A stretch of 64,000 nucleotides of DNA from Candidatus Eutrophobius brisbanensis (lineage in GTDB: Bacteria > Pseudomonadota > Gammaproteobacteria > Eutrophobiales > Eutrophobiaceae): NCBI GenBank assembly GCA_038131795.1, contig JAYPQE010000003.1, forward strand, positions 333,691 to 397,690, in the 5' to 3' direction. The translations under genes were made by a program, and so were the position numbers. Of this stretch, positions 33,944 through 43,712 are shown piece after piece; within the stretch, counting starts at the first letter, position 1, and each line of letters opens with the position of its first letter. Below the pieces are notes generated by a model. The model made no database searches. It worked only from the letters and a program-made list of their open reading frames with translations, and was not told where the DNA came from.

Positions 33944-34158
33944 TCTGTTCCTATTCAGGTGTGAATATGGTCACCTGGTCCTGTTTACCCTTGACGGTTA
34001 TTTCTCCTGGATTCTTGAACTGGAATAGCCAGCATCAAGTAATATATTGTCAGTTTTATTTTCTTCATCGGTCAATCTTAAATACTATTTCTTTAACCAG
34101 TCAGGTCAGGGTACGAATTACACGATTTTCACTGAGGATTATAAGGTACACTATTGCT

Positions 34159-35556
34159 ATGAAATTTTTACCTGTATTTTTAAAACTCGAGGGCAAAACC
34201 TGCCTGATGGTGGGTGGCGGCGAGGTGGCGTACCGAAAAATTAAGTCCCTGGAAAGTACCCATGTACGTATATATGTGGTTGCCAGGGAAGTAAGTAAAT
34301 CAGTAGAAGAAATGGTCCAGCAGGGTCAGGTCATTCACCTGGCAAAGGAATATGACTCTTCTCAAATGGATGGTTGTGAACTTGTTATCGCTGCTACAAA
34401 CGATGAAGAATTAAACCGCAGGATTTCCTGTGACGCCCATGACCGGCATATCCCGGTGAACGTGGTGGATAATCCGGGACTGTGCAGTTTTATTATGCCG
34501 TCGGTGGTCGATAGACACCCCGTCCAGATTGCCATCTCAACAGGTGGCGCCTCACCGGTCCTGGCCAGATTATTACGTGCAAGGCTGGAAACCCTTGTCC
34601 CCAGTGCCTATGGCAAACTGGCAGAGTTAATGAAGTCCGTACGCAAAGAGGTCAAACAAAAACTGCCGGTACAAAGAGAAAGACGGCACTTCTGGGAATC
34701 CGTACTGCAGGGACCCATCGCCGAATTGTTATTAAGCGGACAGGAAGACAGGGCCATCAGGTTACTTGAACAGCATCTAGAAGATCCCACTAACTATACA
34801 AGCCACCAGGGGGAGGTCTATCTGGTGGGCGGCGGCCCCGGGGAACCGGACCTTCTTACCTTTCGTGCCCTCAGGCTGATGCAACAAAGTGATGTTGTTC
34901 TGTATGACCGTCTTGTGGCACCTGATATCGTGGCACTGGCCAGAAAGGATGCAGACCGGATCTATGTGGGCAAGCAAAGCGATCAACATGCCCTGTCCCA
35001 GGATGATATCAATGAACTGATGATAAAACTCGCCAGGGAAGGCAAAAGGGTACTGAGGCTCAAAGGCGGTGACCCGTTTATCTTCGGCAGGGGCGGTGAG
35101 GAGATAGACACGTTGGCTAAAGCAAATATTCCCTTTCAGGTGGTCCCCGGGATTACCGCGGCGGCCGGTTGTGCAAGCTATGCCGGGATACCGTTAACGC
35201 ACCGGGACTATGCCCAGTCCTGTGTGTTTATTACCGGCCATTTAAAAGACGGCAAACTGGATCTTAACTGGCAGTCACTGGTGCAACCGGGACAGACCAT
35301 CGCGGTGTATATGGGAGTGGGAGCTGCCAGGGTCTTATGTGAATCACTGATTGATCATGGTATGGATGCCGGTACACCGGTGGCCATTATTCAACAGGGT
35401 ACCACTACAGAGCAACGTACCTATACCGGTCTGTTATCTAATATTGCAGATCTCGTTGAACAACAGGAGATTAAACCGCCATCCATGATGATCATTGGTG
35501 ATGTGGTGAAATTGAGAGACAAGCTGGCCTGGTTTAAGGAACCTGGTGATCAATAA
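34159..35556 (+). CDS. cysG: siroheme synthase (precorrin-2 dehydrogenase/ferrochelatase plus uroporphyrinogen-III C-methyltransferase)
   Basis: Start placed at MKFLPVFLKLEGKTCLMVGGG (the track ORF from 33961 is an unsupported N-terminal extension); C-terminal GGGPGEPDLLT methyltransferase domain. Confidence 0.85.
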   Translation: MKFLPVFLKLEGKTCLMVGGGEVAYRKIKSLESTHVRIYVVAREVSKSVEEMVQQGQVIHLAKEYDSSQMDGCELVIAATNDEELNRRISCDAHDRHIPVNVVDNPGLCSFIMPSVVDRHPVQIAISTGGASPVLARLLRARLETLVPSAYGKLAELMKSVRKEVKQKLPVQRERRHFWESVLQGPIAELLLSGQEDRAIRLLEQHLEDPTNYTSHQGEVYLVGGGPGEPDLLTFRALRLMQQSDVVLYDRLVAPDIVALARKDADRIYVGKQSDQHALSQDDINELMIKLAREGKRVLRLKGGDPFIFGRGGEEIDTLAKANIPFQVVPGITAAAGCASYAGIPLTHRDYAQSCVFITGHLKDGKLDLNWQSLVQPGQTIAVYMGVGAARVLCESLIDHGMDAGTPVAIIQQGTTTEQRTYTGLLSNIADLVEQQEIKPPSMMIIGDVVKLRDKLAWFKEPGDQ

Positions 35557-35567
35557 GAGTTGATGAG

Positions 35568-36116
35568 ATGAATCTGTTACAGGAATTATTTGGTGAACCC
35601 ATAGACAGTACGGCAAATAAAGTCCGGCCTTACATGGTGGACTGGGTGCAGGATTATATAAAACAGTCGCCCTTTGCCATCCTGGCGTCCAGTGACTCAA
35701 ATGGAAATTGTGATGCATCACCCCGAGGCGGCAAGCCGGGTTTTATAAAAGTCATTGATGAGACCCATTTACTCATCCCGGACATTGCCGGCAATAAACT
35801 CTTTCAGTCATATAGAAACATTGAGTCAAACCCGAAAGTCGGATTGATCTTTTTAATCCCTGGGATCAATGAATTTGCAAGAGTGAATGGACGCGTCTCA
35901 ACCGTCAGACGTGGTGATGACTACTTTGACAGAATCAGCATGGAGATATTTGAACCGGATGAGAAGGCTGAAGTGCTGCAAGCACTGTTACTGGAAGTGG
36001 ATGAGTCCTATGGGCATTGTTCCCGGGCACCGCGTTTTTCAAAATTGTGGGATGTGGAAACAATTTCAAAAAATATCGAAAAACGGCCAATAGATGAAAA
36101 ACCTTCTGGAACTTAA
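35568..36116 (+). CDS. pyridoxamine 5'-phosphate oxidase-like FMN-binding split-barrel protein
   Basis: 182 aa; PNPOx-like fold pattern; function unknown. Confidence 0.55.
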   Translation: MNLLQELFGEPIDSTANKVRPYMVDWVQDYIKQSPFAILASSDSNGNCDASPRGGKPGFIKVIDETHLLIPDIAGNKLFQSYRNIESNPKVGLIFLIPGINEFARVNGRVSTVRRGDDYFDRISMEIFEPDEKAEVLQALLLEVDESYGHCSRAPRFSKLWDVETISKNIEKRPIDEKPSGT

Positions 36117-36281
36117 AATTGGGCTCTTTTCGACCCGAAGCAGACATAATTTATCTAGTTATTTTGCACATGTATTTATCGTTTATTACAGTTGCTATGC
36201 AAATAGCATTTGTGATAATTGGTAATTCAAATAGATTGAGGGCAAGATTGAAGTCCTAAATATCCATTTCTAAGGCAAAAA

Positions 36282-37250
36282 ATGCTTACTACTTTAATTC
36301 CAGAATTTGCGAGTCAGTGCTTAACTGCAAAAAATGAACCTTTCAAAGAACATGCTTTAGGCCAATGGTTTAAATCAGAATTTAGCGATTACCTAACAAA
36401 TATTATCTCTAGGCCGGACTTAAAATTAACTTGTTCAATAGGCCAAGGTAAATGGGCGGAAATACCTTGGATAGGGATATTCAATCCAGAAATTACAATT
36501 AGAGCAGAAAAAGGTTTCTATGCAGTTATATTATTCTCAGCTGATATGGAAGAAGTCTATTTCTGCCTAGGACAGGGGGTTACAGAACCGAGAAAGGAAT
36601 TTGGAAGAAAATTTAAAACTGAAATGGAGCGTAGGGCTGAATTAATTAGGGACAGAGTCACTGAATATTCAAAATCATTTATACCTGGACCCGTGGAATT
36701 AGGCGGCTCAACACAATTAGCAAGAGATTATGACCCTGCTATAGCCTTCTATAATAAATTTGAAACATTAGATTTACCAAGTGAAGATGAATTAATCAAT
36801 CAACTACTCTTTTTGATCTTTTGCTTTGATTTATTAGTGGTTAGGGGAGGTATAGATAATTTAGAAACAGCCACTGACATACTGGATGACAATGGCACAG
36901 TTGAATCAGTAGTTGAGAAACGTAGATATATTAGGCATTCAAGAATTGAACGTAATTCAAATGCTAGTAAAAATGCAAAAAAAGTACATGGGTTTGTTTG
37001 TCAAGGATGTTGTTTTGATTTTGCTAAGTATTATGGTGAAAGAGGAGAAGGCTATATAGAAGCGCACCACTTAATTCCTCTGGAAAGTCTTGATGAAGGA
37101 CAAACAGTTTCGATGGACCCAAGGACAGATTTTGCGGTTCTGTGTGGTAACTGTCATCGAATGGTTCATAGGAATAAACCTTTATTAACAATAGAACAAC
37201 TCAAAAAATTACATAAAATATCAGACTTAAGAAAGTTATTTGGGGAATAA
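36282..37250 (+). CDS. single-chain putative modification-dependent (type IV) restriction endonuclease: MrcB_N/DUF3578 DNA-binding domain plus C-terminal HNH nuclease
   Basis: The N-terminal domain resembles the McrB N-terminal DNA-binding domain (IPWIGIF...GFYAVILFSADMEEVYFCLGQG). The C-terminal domain is an HNH motif (CQGCCFDF...EAHHLIP...CGNCHRMVH). The local sequence is AT-rich. Confidence 0.7.
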   Translation: MLTTLIPEFASQCLTAKNEPFKEHALGQWFKSEFSDYLTNIISRPDLKLTCSIGQGKWAEIPWIGIFNPEITIRAEKGFYAVILFSADMEEVYFCLGQGVTEPRKEFGRKFKTEMERRAELIRDRVTEYSKSFIPGPVELGGSTQLARDYDPAIAFYNKFETLDLPSEDELINQLLFLIFCFDLLVVRGGIDNLETATDILDDNGTVESVVEKRRYIRHSRIERNSNASKNAKKVHGFVCQGCCFDFAKYYGERGEGYIEAHHLIPLESLDEGQTVSMDPRTDFAVLCGNCHRMVHRNKPLLTIEQLKKLHKISDLRKLFGE

Positions 37251-37294
37251 GATTCATATTTCGTCCGCTTATGGCACAAAGCGGTCCCATGGGG

Positions 37295-37732
37295 CTAGGT
37301 AATAGTTTTCTCCATGACTTGATGTTCTATTTGATTAAATAATATATGGCCATAACCGGTAACGTTAAATCCCATGCCCTGGTAGAAACCCACTGAGTTT
37401 GACCTAGCGTCAACAATGATTTTCCTCACGCCTTCTTTCCTGGCTATGTCTTCCAGATATATATAAATCTGTCTGCCGAGGCCTTGCTGGCGGAAGTTTT
37501 CATTAATGGCCATATAGCGAATCTGGGCGATACCTGGCGAAACGGTGTGTAGTCTCCCCACGCCGATTACCTGTTCAGAATCAGATTTAACACAGATATG
37601 GTGCGCTGTTGCTTCATGTTCATCTTTTTCAGAACCACGTGGTTGGTCCCAGGGGGCACGCAGGATGCGCCAACGCAGGTCATAATAGGATTGAAAGTCC
37701 TGGTCTGATTCAGGCGAAAGTATTTTGAACAC
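37295..37732 (-). CDS. GNAT family N-acetyltransferase
   Basis: QGLGRQIY...GFYQGMGF acetyl-CoA binding motifs. Confidence 0.8.
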   Translation of the reverse strand: MFKILSPESDQDFQSYYDLRWRILRAPWDQPRGSEKDEHEATAHHICVKSDSEQVIGVGRLHTVSPGIAQIRYMAINENFRQQGLGRQIYIYLEDIARKEGVRKIIVDARSNSVGFYQGMGFNVTGYGHILFNQIEHQVMEKTIT

Positions 37733-37734
37733 AG

Positions 37735-38082
37735 TTAATCGGTTTTTTGATCGAGGTTTTGTTGGACTTTCTCAACCACATCAACAATTTCAAGAAACTG
37801 TTTGCCGAATTCCGTAAACAGATATTCCACCGGGGGTGGGGATTCCGGGTAGATAACCTTGTCGATAATGCCAAACCGACTTAGTTTGACCAGTCTTTCA
37901 TTGACGACTTTTGTGGTCAGTCCCTCTACCTGCCTTTGCATCTCACCCGGTCGGTTAACACCATTGCGTAATAGTTTCAGGACGGACAGCGACCATTTGC
38001 AGCCAATAATGGATTCAACCATCTGACCAACGCTTGATGGTGATTTATAAACTGCAGATTTTTTATTCAATGTTTCCAACAA
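37735..38082 (-). CDS. HxlR-family winged-helix transcriptional regulator
   Basis: 115 aa; CKWSLSVLKLL...PPPVEYLFTEFG HxlR signature; 2 bp from the GNAT gene. Confidence 0.8.
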   Translation of the reverse strand: MLETLNKKSAVYKSPSSVGQMVESIIGCKWSLSVLKLLRNGVNRPGEMQRQVEGLTTKVVNERLVKLSRFGIIDKVIYPESPPPVEYLFTEFGKQFLEIVDVVEKVQQNLDQKTD

Positions 38083-38186
38083 GTTGTACCAGAAAGTAAG
38101 TAGCTGACTGAAAAGTGCTTACTTTTCAGTTTGATGTCGCTATGAATAATAGGTTACTCCAAAACCACTATACAAGGAATACTGTT

Positions 38187-38423
38187 ATGAAAACCAAGGC
38201 TTTTTTTTATCATGCTGGTTGTCCGGTCTGTGTTGAAGCAGAGCAATCTGTGGCTAATGCATTGGACAAACAGGAATATGAGGTTGAAGTTGTCCATCTG
38301 GCCGAGCAGAAATCTCGGATTGAAGAAGCAGAGCAGGCCGGGGTCAAATCGGTCCCGGCGATCTTGCTGGGAGAAAAAGTCTTTCATATCAATTTTGGTG
38401 CTGCATTAACTGATGTGAAATAG
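38187..38423 (+). CDS. small thioredoxin/glutaredoxin-fold protein (CPVC motif)
   Basis: MKTKAFFYHAGCPVCVEAEQ...; divergent from hxlR; the longer ORF from 38115 is unlikely. Confidence 0.6.
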   Translation: MKTKAFFYHAGCPVCVEAEQSVANALDKQEYEVEVVHLAEQKSRIEEAEQAGVKSVPAILLGEKVFHINFGAALTDVK

Positions 38424-38470
38424 GCACATGGCGATCTCTACAGTCCTGCTTTGCAGGACTGTAGAGCAAG

Positions 38471-39547
38471 TTATTTTGATTGTAGATATTTTACGGCCAG
38501 ATCAGGAAAGTCAGTGAAGATTCCATCAATCCTCGCTTTGACGAAGAGTAATTCCAGTAATTCATCAAAACCGGAAACATATGATGGTAGATTGTCTTTC
38601 CTCAGGGTATAGGGATGGACCTGTAGGCCGAGGTCATGGGCGTCTTTCACCAGGGAGGTGATCTGAAGTTCCCCATTTCGATGGCGAATAATATGATCAA
38701 TGGCCGGACCAATTCCATTTGCGTATTCTGCGATCTTTTTCAGGCCTGCTTGTGTCCTGAGGTTGTTATAGTCGGTATCCGCTTCATCCCATGAATTTTC
38801 ACCGATAAGCTGTACCAGTTTTAATTTACTGTTTAAATCATCACGTACCCGTTGCAGTTCTGCGTGGTCAAAACACTGCAGGTAAATATTGTCAGTGGCA
38901 TCGTTATAACCATATTCAGACAAGGTCTTCAATGCAATTGCTGAGAGGTCATAACCCTGTTCGCGGTGCCAGGCGGGTGACTTCAGTTCGGTGTAGATAC
39001 CAATGTCCTTGCCTGTGCTTTTATTTAAACCCTGAATCAGTTCAATCTCTTCTGCCAGGGTGGCAATCTTGAACTCCAAGCGTCCGGGAGGAAACCGTCC
39101 GGGATACCTGGGTGAACCGTTTTGCCGGATGCGCTCAGTTAAATTCAATTCTTTCAGTTCAGATAATTCAAAGTCTATGACATAAAACTTGCCATCTCGA
39201 CGGGCGCGGTCAGGAAATATCCGTTTAACATTTGATACATCGTTTAATTCAAGGTCGTGAATCACAACGGGCACTTTATCTTTGGTTAACACAATATCCT
39301 GTTCGATAAAGTCTGCCCCCATGCCATAGGCCAGGGCTTTGGCCTGCAGGGTGTGTTCCGGGAGATACCCGGAGGCACCCCGGTGGGCAATGACTATGTT
39401 TGACTTTGTCATGGTTTCATCCGCAAGGAGATGAACGGGTAATAAAGTACCTGTAATAACCGTCGTGCATAATGACGCAGAGACGACTAACCTGAGCAGG
39501 AACCCTGCTAAACCTGATATTTTATAAAGTTGCTCATTCATTCTCAT
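38471..39547 (-). CDS. glpQ: periplasmic glycerophosphodiester phosphodiesterase
   Basis: Signal peptide; IAHRGASGYLPEHT GDPD signature. Confidence 0.9.
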   Translation of the reverse strand: MRMNEQLYKISGLAGFLLRLVVSASLCTTVITGTLLPVHLLADETMTKSNIVIAHRGASGYLPEHTLQAKALAYGMGADFIEQDIVLTKDKVPVVIHDLELNDVSNVKRIFPDRARRDGKFYVIDFELSELKELNLTERIRQNGSPRYPGRFPPGRLEFKIATLAEEIELIQGLNKSTGKDIGIYTELKSPAWHREQGYDLSAIALKTLSEYGYNDATDNIYLQCFDHAELQRVRDDLNSKLKLVQLIGENSWDEADTDYNNLRTQAGLKKIAEYANGIGPAIDHIIRHRNGELQITSLVKDAHDLGLQVHPYTLRKDNLPSYVSGFDELLELLFVKARIDGIFTDFPDLAVKYLQSK

Positions 39548-39601
39548 AGCATAGCATGACCGAATGACAATCAGGTTAAAACTGGCGAAGGGGGAAGGTT
39601 T

Positions 39602-40003
39602 TCAGTCTTCCTTTTTCAGTTTAAGAGAGGCAGAATTGATACAGTAGCGTAGCCCGGTGGGTTGCGGGCCATCTTCAAACACATGTCCAAGGTGTGAACC
39701 GCAGGCATTACACAGGACTTCCGTTCTAGCCATGCCCAGGGTGTTATCGGATTCAGTGTCTACTGATCCTTCATTAACAGGCTGATAGAAACTAGGCCAC
39801 CCAGATCCAGAATCGTACTTGGTTTGTGATGAGAATAGTTGTTCACCACAACATCGACAGCTGTACATACCCGGGTCTTTACAGTCATGGTATTCACCGG
39901 TGAAGGCCCGTTCTGTGCCTTTCTCTCTGCAAATTGCATATTGTTCCGGGCTAAGGGCCTGTTTCCATTCTTCCTCTGATTTATTGATCTTACGCTCGGT
40001 CAA
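39602..40003 (-). CDS. msrB: peptide-methionine (R)-S-oxide reductase
   Basis: Two CxxC pairs and RYCINSASL. Confidence 0.95.
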   Translation of the reverse strand: MTERKINKSEEEWKQALSPEQYAICREKGTERAFTGEYHDCKDPGMYSCRCCGEQLFSSQTKYDSGSGWPSFYQPVNEGSVDTESDNTLGMARTEVLCNACGSHLGHVFEDGPQPTGLRYCINSASLKLKKED

Positions 40004-40004
40004 T

Positions 40005-40487
40005 CTAGTTTCTCCTGTCTACTTCGTCATTGCCCAGAACTGTATCGGCGATGATATCTGAGATCTTACCGGTGGCCTTTTCCACCAGCACAACGGTCAT
40101 GTCCTCCAGAATAGATCGTTCATACCCTTCCTGCACGGGGGGTAGCTGTTGTTCCAGATCGGCAGGTAAATCCCGTTTTGCCAGCCCCGGGGGCAGGGTG
40201 CCGTTCCGTTCCAGCTGGGCGGCCAGACCCGGTGGTAATGAATCGCGCCTGGCCAGGCCCGATGGCATGGACTTGCCGCCTTTTTTTGTCTTACCCTCAC
40301 TTGCCTGTTCTGTTTCTGTTGGTTGCTGCTGTTCGCCTATGTATTTTTTGATCATTCGCCGTTCAATTTCACTGAAACTGGCCTCTGCCACATCTTTCAT
40401 GACGGTCTTGACTATATCCTGGGCAAAACTCTGGGGTAGTACTGAGAACAGTAACAGGGGGAGTATGATTAAAAGTATTTTTTTCAT
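40005..40487 (-). CDS. secreted hypothetical protein with repeated (G)LPPGLAxR motifs
   Basis: Signal peptide [22 protein letters not shown]; Lys/Glu-rich region with three LPPGL-type repeats; start placed at MKKILL. Confidence 0.5.
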   Translation of the reverse strand: MKKILLIILPLLLFSVLPQSFAQDIVKTVMKDVAEASFSEIERRMIKKYIGEQQQPTETEQASEGKTKKGGKSMPSGLARRDSLPPGLAAQLERNGTLPPGLAKRDLPADLEQQLPPVQEGYERSILEDMTVVLVEKATGKISDIIADTVLGNDEVDRRN

Positions 40488-40628
40488 TTGCGTATCTCTT
40501 CGAGTGAAATAGATGGGTAAAGTATATGTGAGCTGCACCAGGTTTATGCAAGAAATTGTGTTTTTTGTGAACCAGGATGTCAATTTACCCCAAAAGACAG
40601 CAAAATATTATAATCATATTACTTGAAA

Positions 40629-40662
40629 GTTCTCTATTTGTTCTCTATTCTTGATAGAGAAC
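40629..40662 (+). promoter_or_regulatory. candidate LexA operator: GTTCTCTATT direct repeat (GTTC-N7-GTTC) followed by a 9-bp inverted repeat GTTCTCTAT-N5-ATAGAGAAC
   Basis: Seen directly 15-48 bp upstream of the lexA ATG; no gammaproteobacterial-type CTGT-N8-ACAG box is present. Confidence 0.45.
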
Positions 40663-40676
40663 CTTAGGAGAACATT

Positions 40677-41291
40677 ATGCTCACCCAACTGGAACGAAAG
40701 ATCCTGGATTTTATTACTGATTATGTGGTTAAAAACGGCCAGGGACCGACATTAAGGGAGATTGGGGAAAGTCTGGAGATCAAATCAAAAGGGACTGTGC
40801 ACAGATATGTTAAGTCCCTGAAGAACAAGAAATTTTTACGCCGTAAGGGCAGGGGTTGGCGGGATATTCAGTTGACGGCAAAAAACCGACAAAGTCTGAC
40901 CATCCTGCCATTGAAGGGACAATTTATGTCTGGACGATCCATTGAGAGCATACCGGAAGACAAGGAGGTCAATTTTTCAGAGTTGTTGCTCGGTCCGGAC
41001 CGGTTTGTCCTCAGGGTTAAAGACAATTCCATGGTAGATGCCGGTATACTCAATGGTGATTTAATCGTGGTGAAAAAGACCCAGACGGTCAGGACCGGTG
41101 ATATTGTCCTGGCCCTCATCGATGACGATCAGGCCACTTTAAAACGCCTGAAGAAACACGGCGATATGATAGAACTGGTTGCCGACAATCCGTCCATGAC
41201 GTCCATGATTTATCCCTCTAACCGGGTCCATATTCAGGGCATCGTCACCGGCCAGGTGCGGTTATATGAATTAGCTACGGTCCCAGGATAA
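40677..41291 (+). CDS. lexA: SOS repressor LexA
   Basis: N-terminal wHTH, Ala-Gly cleavage region, S24 peptidase Ser/Lys dyad. Confidence 0.9.
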   Translation: MLTQLERKILDFITDYVVKNGQGPTLREIGESLEIKSKGTVHRYVKSLKNKKFLRRKGRGWRDIQLTAKNRQSLTILPLKGQFMSGRSIESIPEDKEVNFSELLLGPDRFVLRVKDNSMVDAGILNGDLIVVKKTQTVRTGDIVLALIDDDQATLKRLKKHGDMIELVADNPSMTSMIYPSNRVHIQGIVTGQVRLYELATVPG

Positions 41292-42263
41292 GGGTGGTTC
41301 TTCCATGGCTGCAATCTGTTCACGTAGACTCAGTATATGGTCTTGCCAGTAGCGTTGAGTATTAAACCAGGGAAAGGCAATGGGGAAGGCCGGGTCCTGC
41401 CAGCGCTTTGCTATCCAGCCGGCATAATGGATTATTCTTAATGTCCTTAAGGCCTCGACCAGATTTAATTCAATTGGATCGAAATCACGAAATTCACAAT
41501 AACCATCAAGTATGTCTTTTAATCTTGCGGTCATGTATTCACGGTCTCCAGACAATAACATCCATATATCCTGTATCGCTGGCCCCATCATAGTATCGTC
41601 AAAATCTACAATAAAGGGTGTGTCATCCCGCCAGAGGATATTGCCTAAATGAAAGTCGCCATGAATCCTGAGCTGATTGACCTGACTCGTCATCTCAAAG
41701 CACTGTTTAATCTTGTTGATGACGTCATTTATGAGTGATTCATATGCAGGTAATAGATCAATGGGGATAAAATCATTTTCCAGTAAATAGTGATTGGCCT
41801 CCTCGGCAAATTCAGAAATGTTCAATTTTCGTCTGTAGTTAAATGTATTAATGGCCCCAAAGTTATGGATCCGCGCAAGGGTTCTCCCAAGCATTTTCAA
41901 ATGTTCTGAGTTGTCCAGTTCCGGTGTGCGACCACCAATACTTTCATACAGGGAAAATCTGAATAGATCTGTATGTTTGAGGCTGGTGTTATCATCAAAT
42001 ACCAAAGGAGAGATGACTGGCAGGTCCTCTGCTTTTAGCGCCAGAGTAAAATCATGCTCTTCAATAATCGTCTCATCACTCCATCTACCAGGCCGATAAA
42101 ACTTTGCAATGATCGGTTTTGAATCTTCAATGCCAACCTGATAGACACGGTTTTCATAACTGTTAAGTGGATAGATATATCCACTGCATTGATGTCCTAT
42201 TAAATCAATGGCATTGAGGATGTCATCTGGTGATAATTGTTGAAAGGCATCTGTCTGATCCAT
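41271..42263 (-). CDS. srkA: stress-response Ser/Thr kinase SrkA (YihE/RdoA)
   Basis: 330 aa; aminoglycoside-phosphotransferase-like kinase fold with HGDFHLGN and DFDD motifs; 3' end overlaps lexA by 21 bp. Confidence 0.8.
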   Translation of the reverse strand: MDQTDAFQQLSPDDILNAIDLIGHQCSGYIYPLNSYENRVYQVGIEDSKPIIAKFYRPGRWSDETIIEEHDFTLALKAEDLPVISPLVFDDNTSLKHTDLFRFSLYESIGGRTPELDNSEHLKMLGRTLARIHNFGAINTFNYRRKLNISEFAEEANHYLLENDFIPIDLLPAYESLINDVINKIKQCFEMTSQVNQLRIHGDFHLGNILWRDDTPFIVDFDDTMMGPAIQDIWMLLSGDREYMTARLKDILDGYCEFRDFDPIELNLVEALRTLRIIHYAGWIAKRWQDPAFPIAFPWFNTQRYWQDHILSLREQIAAMEEPPLSWDRS

Positions 42264-42377
42264 GCCGTCATTGTATCAGTAATCATCCTTTGAAAAGGTG
42301 TGATGTAAGATTTAAATTTGGACACGTCCCTGTGTCGGGGGGGGGAAGGTAAACTTGGTTTACTTTTTAGTCTCGAT

Positions 42378-42662
42378 TCAGTCCTGATAAGCTAGATCAG
42401 TTGAATGAGACATATCGTCAAATTTAATCTGAGTGGACAGTTGCACAAATCGAACTCTCCGTTCTTTCAGATCAGGTGCGACGACAACGACATCAGCGTA
42501 CGTCATGGGAGTAGAAATCTTCACTTCCTTGAGTCTCTCAATATAGTTATCACCGCCGGACGTTTTAATGGGTTCAATTGAAAACACATTTTCGTTGGCG
42601 GATACCAGGTTGAGTGGGGCCGCCAGAAAAAGTGCTAACACAACTTCATATATCACTTTCAT
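42378..42662 (-). CDS. small secreted hypothetical protein
   Basis: 94 aa with an N-terminal signal peptide; no recognisable domain. Confidence 0.4.
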   Translation of the reverse strand: MKVIYEVVLALFLAAPLNLVSANENVFSIEPIKTSGGDNYIERLKEVKISTPMTYADVVVVAPDLKERRVRFVQLSTQIKFDDMSHSTDLAYQD

Positions 42663-42797
42663 GGCTTTTTCCTATAGTTTTCATGTTTTACAGCAAATCA
42701 TTTTGCTGCAAAGCAATAATAGGGGCTTAGATAACGGTTTACAATATGGTTTAAATTGAAATATAGTTAACAATTAGTGAACAATAGGTGAGGTGAT

Positions 42798-43694
42798 ATG
42801 GACAAGTTAAGTAGCATGAAGGTGTTTATGCAGGTGGCACGTCTGGGGAGTTTTTCCGCCGCTGCGGACAATCTTGGGATCTCCAAGGCCATGGTTTCCA
42901 AACATATCAAGCGACTAGAAGATAACCTGGACGTCCAGCTATTCAATCGGACCACCAGGAGCCTGAGTTTAACCGAAGTGGGCACAGTTTACCGCGACCG
43001 GATTAAAGAAATTTTAAACGATATAGAAGAGACTGAACTCTCGGTTTCAAAATTAAGTTCCGAACCAAGAGGGACATTACGAATTATGGCGCCCACTTCA
43101 TTTGGATCGTTTCGTCTGTCAAGGGCCGTGACCGAATACCTGACGCAGTATCCAAATGTACATGTCGAGATGTTACTTGCCGAGCGTACCCCAGATTTGG
43201 TAGATGAAGGTATCGACCTTGCTATTTTGATTGGTGCCCTGGAAGATTCAAGTTTATTTGCCAGAAAGATCGCAGAGGCAAGAATGGTGGTATGTGGTGC
43301 ACCTGAATATTTTGATAAAAATGGTGTTCCCAAAATACCAGACGAACTGAGTGAGCATAATTGTTTGATTCAAACGACGCGTGTGGGAGAGACCTGGTTA
43401 TTTAAATCTGATAATGGCTATAACCGAATTGATGTTAATGGCACTTTGAAGTCTAACGCGGGTGATGCCCTGAGGATTGCCGCAATCAAAGGATGTGGGC
43501 TGGTGAACTTGCCTATGTATATGGTAGACAAGGACATCAAGAATGGTCGTTTAAAAACTGTCCTTGAAGATTATGAGGCAGCCAAGCGTCCAATACATGC
43601 CGTCTACTTACATAGAATGCACCTGTCTGCCAAGGTGAGGACGTTTGTCGATTTTCTCCATGAACGATTTCAGGACAATCCACTTTGGGCATGA
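42798..43694 (+). CDS. LysR-family transcriptional regulator
   Basis: N-terminal HTH (MKVFMQVARLGSFSAAADNLGISKAMVSKHI) plus a LysR substrate-binding domain. Confidence 0.9.
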   Translation: MDKLSSMKVFMQVARLGSFSAAADNLGISKAMVSKHIKRLEDNLDVQLFNRTTRSLSLTEVGTVYRDRIKEILNDIEETELSVSKLSSEPRGTLRIMAPTSFGSFRLSRAVTEYLTQYPNVHVEMLLAERTPDLVDEGIDLAILIGALEDSSLFARKIAEARMVVCGAPEYFDKNGVPKIPDELSEHNCLIQTTRVGETWLFKSDNGYNRIDVNGTLKSNAGDALRIAAIKGCGLVNLPMYMVDKDIKNGRLKTVLEDYEAAKRPIHAVYLHRMHLSAKVRTFVDFLHERFQDNPLWA

Positions 43695-43712
43695 CGTTGA
43701 TATAGTAATTTA

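Noticed and set aside
33961-34158. Track ORF giving a 66-residue N-terminal extension to CysG
   Set aside because: The extension reads as low-complexity translation of an AT-rich leader; the homologous CysG N-terminus (MKFLPVFLKLEGK...GGG) begins at 34159.
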